This document shows positions 1 to 7,762 of a DNA stretch of 31,007 bases, one piece after another. How positions within the stretch are numbered: position 1 is the stretch's first letter; the number at the start of each line of letters is the position of its first letter. The stretch comes from Pseudomonadota bacterium. GTDB lineage: Bacteria > UBA10199 > 2-02-FULL-44-16 > JAAZCA01. Made by a program: the position numbers and the translations under genes. The notes under the pieces are model-generated. The model did no database searches, was not told the DNA's origin, and saw only the letters and a list, made by a program, of their open reading frames with translations. The stretch is taken from the NCBI GenBank assembly GCA_043822785.1, contig JBDRBN010000097.1, positions 1 to 31,007 of the forward strand, in the 5' to 3' direction.

Positions 1-1375
1 TGTGATACCCACGCGATAATGACAGGGTTAACGCCCATGGGATAATGACAGGGGATGGAAAACATTAACCTGTCTATGAGAGAGACAAGAAGGTACGAGG
101 TAATGCAGCAAGTGATGGCTGGGAGGAAGACAATGGCAGAAGCGGGCCAACTGCTAGGGATAAAGGAGAGGCAGGGTTACCGGATCAAGGCGGCCATAAT
201 CAAGAAAGGGATTAGAGGCGCCATTCATGGTAACAGAGGCAGGCGGCCATGGAATGCCTTGCCGGCAGACTTGCTGGAGAGAGTGGTAAAGCTTCGCAAG
301 GAGGTCTACGTTGGGTTCAACGATAGGCATTTCAAGGAGAAGCTGGCAGAGGAGGAAGGGTTAAAGATTGGGAGAGAAAAGGTTCGGCAGACATTAAGGG
401 CGGCAAGCATTCGGCCTGAGCGAGTGGCAAGGAAGCCAAAGCACAGGCAGAGACGGGAGCGGAGGTCGAGGGAGGCATCCGTTCTGCAGATGGATGCCAG
501 TCCGCACGACTGGTTGGAAGGGCGTGGGCCTTGGCTGGATTTGATTCACGCAACGGATGACGCTACCAACAGGGAGTGGGGACATTTTGAGTTGGCTGAA
601 ACTACAGAAGGGTATTTCAAGCAAGCAATGGATATTTTTTCGAAGGATGGCCTGCCGGAGAGCATTTATGTAGACCGACATAGTATTTTTTGGACGGATC
701 GAGATCAGACGATGGAGGAACAGCTTTTGAACAAACGACCGCTTACAGAATTTGGCAGGGCCATGGATGAATTGGGTGTGGGGATGATGTACGCCGGTTC
801 TGCGCAGGCCAAAGGGCGCGTTGAGCGCACAGGTGGAACGCACCAGGATAGACTTGTAAGCGAGCTAAGACTGGCCAACGCCAAGACACTGGAAGAAGCT
901 AACATTGTAGCGAAGAAATATTTTAAGAACTACAACAAGAAATTTATGAGGCAAGCCAGGGACAAAGAGAAGGCATGGAGACCTATTCCAGAAAATATAG
1001 ATCTTAAACACATACTGTGTTGGAAAGACAAGCGGGTGGTAAAAAACGATAACACCATTTCCTTGGATGGCGTGATTTATCAAATACCGCCGTCTGATGT
1101 CCGTTGTTCATTTGCCAAAGCAACAGTCGAGGTACACAAACTTTTAGATGACACTATCACGATTCATTACAAAAATAACGAAATCGCCAAATTTAAGGCA
1201 AAGACGGCTTTCTATAAAGCCGATAGAGGAACGCAAATAAGCAAACCCATATCTGAGTATCCCCCCAAAATGGCAATCTTGCCACCACCAAGGGCTACTC
1301 AAAATTATGGGTCACAACCCAGCCCACTGTCATAATCGCGTGGGCATTAACTGTCATATTGCCGTGGGCATGACA
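1..1375 (+). mobile_element. IS1202/ISNCY-type insertion sequence, complete
   Basis: Starts TGT and ends ACA (1375). Left end TGTGATACCCACGCGATAATGACAG matches the reverse-complemented right end TGTCATGCCCACGGCAATATGACAG. Each end carries a second internal copy of the CCCAnGnGATnATGACAG box. Encloses a DDE transposase. Left flank is not visible, so no TSD can be seen. Confidence 0.88.
55..1335 (+). CDS. ISNCY/IS1202-family DDE transposase
   Basis: N-terminal HTH with HGNRGRRP; QMDASPHDWLE, DDAT, YVDRHSIF and SAQAKGRVER...QDRL motifs typical of this group. Confidence 0.92.
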   Translation: MENINLSMRETRRYEVMQQVMAGRKTMAEAGQLLGIKERQGYRIKAAIIKKGIRGAIHGNRGRRPWNALPADLLERVVKLRKEVYVGFNDRHFKEKLAEEEGLKIGREKVRQTLRAASIRPERVARKPKHRQRRERRSREASVLQMDASPHDWLEGRGPWLDLIHATDDATNREWGHFELAETTEGYFKQAMDIFSKDGLPESIYVDRHSIFWTDRDQTMEEQLLNKRPLTEFGRAMDELGVGMMYAGSAQAKGRVERTGGTHQDRLVSELRLANAKTLEEANIVAKKYFKNYNKKFMRQARDKEKAWRPIPENIDLKHILCWKDKRVVKNDNTISLDGVIYQIPPSDVRCSFAKATVEVHKLLDDTITIHYKNNEIAKFKAKTAFYKADRGTQISKPISEYPPKMAILPPPRATQNYGSQPSPLS

Positions 1376-1406
1376 TATTCGCAAGGCCACGTATTCTTGA
1401 CACGCA

Positions 1407-1435
1407 GTTATAAAATTGCCCACCCAGCCACCCAA
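1407..1435 (+). repeat. att-like site A (tRNA-His 3'-end scar)
   Basis: GTTATAAAAT-N9-AGCCACCCAA; minus strand reads LGGWVGNFITACQE. Confidence 0.7.
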
Positions 1436-1480
1436 ACAAACAGGAGGGGTCATCCCCTCCTTTTTGTTTGGGTGGCTGGG
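1423..1480. terminator. 27-bp inverted repeat (1 mismatch, TCAT loop), hairpin/terminator-like
   Basis: cccagccacccaaacaaacaggagggg / cccctcctttttgtttgggtggctggg. Confidence 0.7.
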
Positions 1481-1542
1481 ACGAATCCCGCACGTCGTGC
1501 CTGGCGTGAGCCAACCCCATCCCATCAGCCTGGAGCAACCTC

Positions 1543-2310
1543 TCAATATCCCGTCTTTCCCCTGGTCGCCTCCCCACTCTTTTTGAGCGCCCTCATCTCT
1601 TGAGGATCGATAGCGTTCGAGATGCCGCTCATAATGGCGGAATACTGCTGTTCGATGCCCTTTGCTACAGCATTCATGATGGTGTTGAATTTGGTCTCCA
1701 CAAAGTATGTCCTATTCATTTCCCAAACAAGTTCGATCTTTGTCAGAGGCACTTCTTTGGTCCATAAGAGTTCGCTGCTTCCCATGTCTCGTATCTCCAG
1801 ACCGACCGCTCCATTGACCTCTATATTTTCCGCGCCTGATAACCATTTGTTCACATCCCGCAGGGTGAATGTCAGATTGATCTTCGGGGTGAGATAGAGA
1901 TCGATGGCTTTCTTGTCAGCAGCGGGGATCGCATTGGAGGACTCATACGGGCCCTTGATGCCGAACCCCTTTGCATAGAGGAGCTCGGCGACATCTCTTC
2001 TCATCTTGAACGGCAGATTGACAAACTGCGGAAAGGCGAACCAGAATAACTTGTTGCTCGCGGGATCGAGCTTACCAGTCGACTTCAATTCGTTGATCCA
2101 CAACTGGTTGGGCACGCTGCTCGGAAAGCAACTGGGCATGCCCACGGCAAAGGTCACCCCTGCCGAATCCGGTGCATTCTGAGGATTCGGCGCATATGAA
2201 AACTGAGGCACGTAAGGCTCGACGGTCTCTTTAGGCGCCTCCGCGAATGCAGGGCCATGGGTCATGAACAAGATAAAAGCAGCCAGGACCATCAGGGATT
2301 TTTTTGCCAT
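1543..2310 (-). CDS. Hypothetical secreted protein
   Basis: 255 aa ORF, Sec-type signal peptide (MAKKSLMVLAAFILF...AFA), AGAGGGGGAG RBS. Confidence 0.8.
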   Translation of the reverse strand: MAKKSLMVLAAFILFMTHGPAFAEAPKETVEPYVPQFSYAPNPQNAPDSAGVTFAVGMPSCFPSSVPNQLWINELKSTGKLDPASNKLFWFAFPQFVNLPFKMRRDVAELLYAKGFGIKGPYESSNAIPAADKKAIDLYLTPKINLTFTLRDVNKWLSGAENIEVNGAVGLEIRDMGSSELLWTKEVPLTKIELVWEMNRTYFVETKFNTIMNAVAKGIEQQYSAIMSGISNAIDPQEMRALKKSGEATRGKTGY

Positions 2311-2355
2311 CGCTCCCCCTCTTTTTGCCTTCGTAATTTCAAATCACTAACACAT

Positions 2356-2498
2356 GGGCACCTCTAAAAACCTCAATTTCTTGTTTGTCATCCCCGCGAA
2401 GGCGGGGATCCAGCCATGGGAAACATTGATAAATACTGGATTCCTGCCTTCGCAGGAATGACACCAAAAGCAATTGCCATAGGTTTTTAGAGGTGCCC
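2356..2498. mobile_element. MITE with 18-bp perfect TIRs and 4-bp TSD, containing a dRS3/RPE-like palindromic doublet
   Basis: GGGCACCTCTAAAAACCT...AGGTTTTTAGAGGTGCCC flanked by ACAT on both sides; internal GTCATCCCCGCGAAGGCGGGGATCCAG (2387-2413) and CTGGATTCCTGCCTTCGCAGGAATGAC (2436-2462). Confidence 0.85.
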
Positions 2499-2585
2499 AC
2501 ATTTAAAACATGTTTTAAACACCTTTCCAGGAGTCACATGGCTCAAGCCTTCATCTTAAATTCCCTGATCATTTCTGCACACGCA

Positions 2586-2614
2586 TTTCTAAACTCATGC
2601 AAATAGCCACCCCA
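2586..2614 (+). repeat. att-like site B (tRNA-His 3'-end scar), followed by hairpin to about 2660
   Basis: TTTCTAAACT-N9-AGCCACCCCA; minus strand reads WGGYLHEFRNACAEM. Confidence 0.75.
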
Positions 2615-2676
2615 CTTAAAAAACCCCTCAACAGAAATCAGGGGCTTTTTTATTTTGGGGCAAGAGGGAATAGAAC

Positions 2677-3153
2677 TCATGGGTTCATGCCGAGAATACT
2701 CCAAGCCGCTGTGAGGACGATACCTACACCCAGAAGACATCCGCTCATCTTGCCCATCGATGAACTGAGCGGAGTTCGCGCTTCCGCTATGCCGTGTCTT
2801 CGCAGGTGTTGTGCCACCTTTCCTTCGAACAGGCCAGCAAAGCCATCAGTGATGCTATCGCCGACCGCCCCTCCCACGATTGCACCGAGCACGCCAGCCA
2901 AGCTCGCTCCGATCAGCGCCGCGATACCTAAAAATCCTGTATCGATGGCACCGAAGACAATGTCCGCACCACACGATTTAATTGATCGCCCAAATAACCT
3001 GAGAGCGATTAAGGGAACAAAGCTCAGCAGGATTATTGTGGGTCCTATTGCGCTAGCGTTAAATCGATGAATAACACCGACGATCGTAAAGACAATCACA
3101 AGTGAAATGACGGTAACGCTGATAAACGCGTGGATGAAACCCTGTCTTTCCAT
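2677..3153 (-). CDS. Hypothetical multi-pass membrane protein (Gly/Ala-rich)
   Basis: 158 aa with several hydrophobic helices; GADIVFGAIDTG and GGAVGDSITDG segments. Confidence 0.75.
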   Translation of the reverse strand: MERQGFIHAFISVTVISLVIVFTIVGVIHRFNASAIGPTIILLSFVPLIALRLFGRSIKSCGADIVFGAIDTGFLGIAALIGASLAGVLGAIVGGAVGDSITDGFAGLFEGKVAQHLRRHGIAEARTPLSSSMGKMSGCLLGVGIVLTAAWSILGMNP

Positions 3154-3237
3154 AAAAACTAATTTATGTTTTCGCCAATGCTAGTGCAAGTTCTATCAAT
3201 TAGCGGGATAAGTCATGCCGCCATCTCCCCGCACGCG

Positions 3238-3282
3238 GTTAGAAAATCGCCTGCCTGCCGGCAGGTCTGACAGGCCACCCCA
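3238..3282 (+). repeat. att-like site C, interrupted by a 16-bp palindromic insert (3250-3265)
   Basis: Removing cctgcctgccggcagg restores the 29-bp spacing GTTAGAAAAT-N9-GGCCACCCCA; minus strand then reads WGGLSDDFLTACGEMAA*. Confidence 0.72.
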
Positions 3283-3317
3283 AAACAAAAACGCCCCATA
3301 TGGGCGTTTTTGTTTTG
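3281..3317. terminator. 16-bp perfect hairpin, bidirectional terminator-like
   Basis: caaaacaaaaacgccc-catat-gggcgtttttgttttg. Confidence 0.75.
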
Positions 3318-3366
3318 TCTCGCCGAAGCTGCAAAGCAGCATAGGCGGGCAGCTTCACCAGTCTAA

Positions 3367-3494
3367 CTGTAGCGAAACGCTGCAGGTGTGTTCAAAAATC
3401 GACACATTTTGAGCCGACGTGTAATTGTGCCTTCTGCAATATTTGCGATTTATAAAGATATTTTCTTCATGCCTATTTGGCACCGATCCTGCTT
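3367..3494 (+). promoter_or_regulatory. Putative sigma54 promoter with upstream palindromic enhancer
   Basis: TGGCAC-CGATC-CTGCT (3478-3493); palindrome CTGTAGCGAAACGCTGCAG (3367-3385) about 100 bp upstream, followed by TGTTCAAAAATCGACA. Confidence 0.6.
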
Positions 3495-3578
3495 TGACAA
3501 CAAAGCTTAACCAGGAGGATCTATGCACGATCCAATGTGCATGCGTTATGCTGACGCAAGCAAGGCTGGCGTGAAAAC

Positions 3579-3630
3579 TTGACGAATAATTATGAATAAT
3601 ATAGAATAATATTGAATAAAATTAAATAAG
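3579..3630 (+). promoter_or_regulatory. sigma70 promoter of the TA operon overlapped by 10-bp-period GAATAA repeats (likely antitoxin operator)
   Basis: TTGACG-N17-TAGAAT (3579-3607); GAATAA at 3584, 3594, 3604, 3614. Confidence 0.7.
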
Positions 3631-3638
3631 GAGGGGCA

Positions 3639-3881
3639 ATGGCCAAAACAGTAACAATACGTATAGAAGATGACATATATGAAAGTTTTGCGCGTCATGC
3701 AGAGGAGGAAAAACGTTCTTTAAACAAATTTATAGAGCATGCTGTAATACAATATACAAAGCGCTCTGCCTTCATTGATGATGAAGAAATGCGAGAGATT
3801 TCAGAAGACGAAGGATTGCTTCGCAGAATGAAACAGGGCATTGAGGATGCAAAGAAGGGCAGGGGGCGCTTTGTCGCGTAA
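3639..3881 (+). CDS. CopG/ribbon-helix-helix antitoxin
   Basis: MAKTVTIRIEDDIY...RSLNKFIE RHH pattern, acidic C-terminus, AGGAGG RBS, overlaps toxin. Confidence 0.85.
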   Translation: MAKTVTIRIEDDIYESFARHAEEEKRSLNKFIEHAVIQYTKRSAFIDDEEMREISEDEGLLRRMKQGIEDAKKGRGRFVA

Positions 3882-4164
3882 GTATAAAATATTTGAAACC
3901 AAGCGCTTTTCAAACGACCTTCAGTTGCTTGCAAGGCATCGAAAAACGATTCTTGAAGAGAAAATGCAGGAGTATGTTTATCCGCAGTTGAAAAAGGAAC
4001 CTCATTTTGGCGCTAATATTAAACGCCTTCGAGACTGGCATCCACCCACGTGGCGTTATCGTGTCGGCGAGTGGCGCTTCTTTTACATCATCGACGAGGA
4101 GTTAAAAGTTATTTCAATGATTTCAGCATCACATCGCAAGAGTGCCTATCGCAAGAAACGCTGA
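3871..4164 (+). CDS. RelE/ParE-family toxin (likely TTG start at 3871)
   Basis: NIKRLRD...WRYRVGEWRFFYII...HRKSAY motifs; overlaps antitoxin. Confidence 0.88.
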   Translation: MSRKYKIFETKRFSNDLQLLARHRKTILEEKMQEYVYPQLKKEPHFGANIKRLRDWHPPTWRYRVGEWRFFYIIDEELKVISMISASHRKSAYRKKR

Positions 4165-4191
4165 ACGAAAGAATTCCCAATATCCACCCCA
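4163..4191 (+). repeat. att-like site D (diverged)
   Basis: Ends TCCACCCCA at the same 29-bp register; minus strand reads WGGYWEFFRSAF. Confidence 0.55.
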
Positions 4192-4607
4192 AGAGGCTGC
4201 TCCACAAGAAATAGCCTTAAGTTTATCTTTTTTGCTCACCTGCGCCTTTCAGGCTACGGCGAGTTTGGCGCTCACGAAAAAAAAGGGGCGGGTCAAAACC
4301 GGAAAAAACCGGTGCCAGGAGCTTGACCAAAAACTGCCTAAATTCCCAAAAATCTTGCTGCTAAACCCAGTTTGCAGCTTGATTCCTCATCCGAATGCGA
4401 CTTTTTGGTCAGCCTCCAGGCACATTTGCTATACTGTCTGAGCATGGATCTGTCGACCCGAGGCTGCCGCACCCAATCATGCCAAGGCCCAGAATAAACA
4501 CATATGCCAAGATTAGCTTTTTCATATTCAGCTCCCTCAGTCATGATACTGTTTACTCATTCTATAATATCACACCGTCGATTGACTCCATATAAGAACA
4601 CCTGTTA

Positions 4608-6596
4608 TTAAAAGCGCCTGACAGCACGGACGTTGAAGCAGCAAAAAGACTTATCAAAGAATGTTTGGGAACCATTGTAGAAACCCTGAAACCATGCGTC
4701 GGTCGCGGAAGATAGAGAATACTCGGATGAACTCCAATAGTTAGTTGTTACAAGACCGCCGACGGGAGTATAAGGCACGCCATGTTCATCCGTACCACTC
4801 ACCAGATTGATATAGATTTTGTTGAGTTCATCTTTTGAGGGCAGGAACCAGTCGTTGTAGACACCCACCGCCAGGTCGTCACATAACTGTGCAGCATAGT
4901 TCCCTGCGCCCTGTACAGTCACTATGTTTGTCGTGTTGCTCTGGCCTGTCCCTAACGCCGTACCAGCTGCACCCGTCGACACATATGTTCCATTGTACCA
5001 TTGTATATCCGCAGCCTGATCGCTCGGCGCCGCCTCCAAATATTTCCAGCTATCAACTGGGTAATTCGGATTTACATAGAAGATCCAGCCGCCTGCAGGA
5101 CCGTTATCGCGCAGGGCGTACGACACAACTGTTAGGGTATAGGTCACCTCAGTTGTTCCATCCTGAGCTGTGACTACAAGAGTGTCACCGGTCTGTACGG
5201 GGTCGGATATATCCGTATCATCCCACGTCTGATGACTCTCTCCCTTTGTCAGCCCTGCCAGAAACGTCGCCTTGCTGGTGCTGTCGGGAACATCGGTAAT
5301 GGTTTCAGACGGTGTTCCGCCTGCACTAACTGTATAAAATTCAGATGTAACGGTTGCTATGTCACTCGGTGCCTCTACCGTTACTGTAACTGTATATGTT
5401 TTTGTCGAACCATTCGCTGCCGTAACCGTGTAATCGACGGGTGTCGTAAAGTTCTGTGCAACGCCTGAAACCGGATTCAGGGTTGTCCCGGTGTGAACTA
5501 TTATCGGCGTCAATAAAGTAACGTCCGTACCATACGGCACCGTAACCGCTATGCCTGTACCTGTTATAACCCCGACAGAGCTTCCAATCACGAATGAAGT
5601 GATATCCTTTGAGTCGGACAAGGCAGCGCATGAAACGCTGACGTTGGTAACATCCTCTCCGCTTATTGTGCCGGAGCCTCTTTTGACGACACAGATCTGA
5701 GCGGCAGGCTGAACCTTGACTGTTACGTCATAACCCCCTCCGTCCGCGACTACAGTTGCAAAGGTAAACTCGCCATCCGCTGATATCGTGAGATCATCTG
5801 CACTATTATTCCGCAGGACTACCGATTTACCCGCACCCAGTCCTAAAACGGTGCCGCCCACGGTGAAGGAACTAAAGCTGCAAACGACGCTCACGTTTGT
5901 CACATCGGCATTTGCTATTGTGCCTGTACCGTTGCCGACCGTGCAGGTCTTATAGGTCGGTGCGGTAAGTACGGAGACGGAGTATGCTTCGCCGTCGGCA
6001 AGTTGAGTTGTGAACGTGAACGTACCGTTCGTTGTAACGGTCAGGTTATCACCGCCGTTATTTTGTAAAACAAGCTGATCACCTTCATCAAGTCCTGAAA
6101 CCGTACCGCCTACAAGGTATGAACTTCCTGCCGTCGTAAACGTTGCCATGAATCCTTCAAAGGCAGTACCCAACGATTTAACATAGCCAGCCGCATAGAA
6201 AATATCGGTGCTGAGGCAGATGCTATACTGCATGCCCTCCTCAAGGAAGTCTGAGGGTGCAAGGTCGCATGACATGCTGGAAGGGCAGTCCACAATTGCT
6301 GAAAGTGCGTTAGCCGCATTGCAGATCGTGGGATCATACGCGGCTTTGACTACATTGGCGCTGCCCGATGGCGTCGGAACAATAAAATAACTTGAGGTGG
6401 TCACAGTGGAGATGGCGACCGGATTTGAAAAGGTGTAGCGAAAGGTGCTGTCCGTAGGAATGCCTGTTGCCCCGTCAATAGAATTGGCAGAAACAACTGT
6501 TGAGGGAGTGTCGCCGCCAGAACTGCCTCCACACGATGACCAAACCGCAGCGATTGCAGTTATTATGATAAGCCCTATAATTGTTTTGATTTTCAT
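4608..6596 (-). CDS. Surface lipoprotein with Ig-like repeats and C-terminal DUF1566/Lcl-like (CLec) domain
   Basis: Lipobox-like AVWSSC after ATG at 6596; two GGTVxGL...FTF...NVSVxC repeats; VTVPYGTDVT...YTVTV domain; C-terminal GPAGGWIFY...DWFLPSKDEL...YWSSSE...AW...VRAVRRF. Confidence 0.85.
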   Translation of the reverse strand: MKIKTIIGLIIITAIAAVWSSCGGSSGGDTPSTVVSANSIDGATGIPTDSTFRYTFSNPVAISTVTTSSYFIVPTPSGSANVVKAAYDPTICNAANALSAIVDCPSSMSCDLAPSDFLEEGMQYSICLSTDIFYAAGYVKSLGTAFEGFMATFTTAGSSYLVGGTVSGLDEGDQLVLQNNGGDNLTVTTNGTFTFTTQLADGEAYSVSVLTAPTYKTCTVGNGTGTIANADVTNVSVVCSFSSFTVGGTVLGLGAGKSVVLRNNSADDLTISADGEFTFATVVADGGGYDVTVKVQPAAQICVVKRGSGTISGEDVTNVSVSCAALSDSKDITSFVIGSSVGVITGTGIAVTVPYGTDVTLLTPIIVHTGTTLNPVSGVAQNFTTPVDYTVTAANGSTKTYTVTVTVEAPSDIATVTSEFYTVSAGGTPSETITDVPDSTSKATFLAGLTKGESHQTWDDTDISDPVQTGDTLVVTAQDGTTEVTYTLTVVSYALRDNGPAGGWIFYVNPNYPVDSWKYLEAAPSDQAADIQWYNGTYVSTGAAGTALGTGQSNTTNIVTVQGAGNYAAQLCDDLAVGVYNDWFLPSKDELNKIYINLVSGTDEHGVPYTPVGGLVTTNYWSSSEYSLSSATDAWFQGFYNGSQTFFDKSFCCFNVRAVRRF

Positions 6597-6625
6597 AATA
6601 CATGCCACCCCCAATGCGAGCTATT

Positions 6626-7174
6626 CTACATTTTCTCCCACAAAACGATTCCTTCTTTTATTTGATCGTGTAAGACTGGCTCATCTTCTTCAAAGATCGA
6701 TATTTTATCAGGATGCTTGTGTATCAATCGTATTTGTTTTGATAATTCACTTTTATCGATTATCTTCTTAATCTCCCTCTCTTTAGAACTGATTACAAAT
6801 ATATCGTAATCGCTTTTTAATATATTGCGTCCTTTTGCACGACTTCCGAAGAGCACTATCTTGGAGCAAGAAGCAGAGAGTTTGTCGACGAGGGGCTGAA
6901 TATGTATGAGGTTACTGACTATCATCAGATGATTAACAATAGGTGTTTCATTAAGCCTATTCAGCACCATAGTGCCACGGGGAACGCGTGTGGTAATGCC
7001 TGAATCGGCGATTTTTCTTAATGCAAGATTAACTACGGATTTCTTGGCTCCTTTAATATTTGTGGCAATTTCCGTATCGCTCAATTCCTGGTCCGGATTC
7101 TGGAGAAGGTAGTCGAGAACCTTGCGATTTGCGTTCGAAAGCAACAACAATTTCAATGCATTCTCTCTTTTCAT
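6626..7174 (-). CDS. HTH + minimal nucleotidyltransferase (MNT/Pol-beta-like) protein
   Basis: N-terminal wHTH; KIVLFGSRAKG...SDYDIFVI; C-terminal IKEGIVLWE. Confidence 0.85.
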   Translation of the reverse strand: MKRENALKLLLLSNANRKVLDYLLQNPDQELSDTEIATNIKGAKKSVVNLALRKIADSGITTRVPRGTMVLNRLNETPIVNHLMIVSNLIHIQPLVDKLSASCSKIVLFGSRAKGRNILKSDYDIFVISSKEREIKKIIDKSELSKQIRLIHKHPDKISIFEEDEPVLHDQIKEGIVLWEKM

Positions 7175-7290
7175 AACTTAATCCATTTTCCATTATTTCG
7201 TACAATCTTCCACTATCTAGTATAATTATCCAATATAATGGAAAAAATGTCAAGGTTGAAAGGGGTTTCTAAATCCCCTTGCCCATATAG

Positions 7291-7319
7291 GTTCTAAAAT
7301 TACTCTTTAAAGCACCCCA
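7291..7319 (+). repeat. att-like site E
   Basis: GTTCTAAAAT-N9-AAGCACCCCA; minus strand reads WGALKSNFRTYM. Confidence 0.65.
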
Positions 7320-7467
7320 AGAAGGAGGGGCGGCGGCTCCTCTAAAGATATACGAGCTCGCTTGGTGAGAACCGCACTAGCCACATATCAATATATTTGC
7401 TGAACCCATTTTATTTAATGTTATCTTGTTAAGAATCTGGTAGCGGGTGGAACCGGAGGGGGAGATT

Positions 7468-7668
7468 ATGAAAAATAACTTCTGGAGTGTGTTGTCCATA
7501 CCACAAAGACGCACGCATTTGATTCTCAATATTGCAGGAATCATCATGGTCATCGTTGCATCCTTTTTGCAGGAGTTAGGGCTCTTGAGTGCGGGTTTAT
7601 TGACCGCGGGTGTTATTCTTTGGTTAATCGGCGAGGGGGGGCTGCTCCGATCATTCATCAAGGAATGA
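7468..7668 (+). CDS. Small membrane protein (2 TM)
   Basis: GGAGGGGGAG RBS before ATG at 7468; two hydrophobic helices. Confidence 0.6.
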   Translation: MKNNFWSVLSIPQRRTHLILNIAGIIMVIVASFLQELGLLSAGLLTAGVILWLIGEGGLLRSFIKE

Positions 7669-7762
7669 AGCGAAAAAAATCCCAGAAAATTCCAGAAAGT
7701 ATATATTGATAAGATAATATAGTGAGCATACGATGTGTATGGATTTTAACGAGGAGGTGCCA

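Noticed and set aside
1376..1410. dif/pdif site next to the IS1202-type element
   Set aside because: No match to the XerC (GGTGCGCATAA) or XerD (TTATGTTAAAT) boxes.
1400..1540. Intact tRNA gene
   Set aside because: Only 3'-end fragments are present; no D arm or anticodon arm could be folded.
2543..2740. 65-aa ORF (also 1295-1546 and 8509-8703) as real genes
   Set aside because: They run through terminators and lack an RBS. Only the WGG..FRxAC part is shared, and the att-arm model explains it.
4338..4595. Short ORFs between the TA pair and the lipoprotein gene
   Set aside because: No recognisable motifs or RBS; probably a decayed remnant.
6604..6613. GCCACCCCCA as a further att site
   Set aside because: No upstream box or FRT reading at the 29-bp register; it is better explained as the RBS of the lipoprotein gene.
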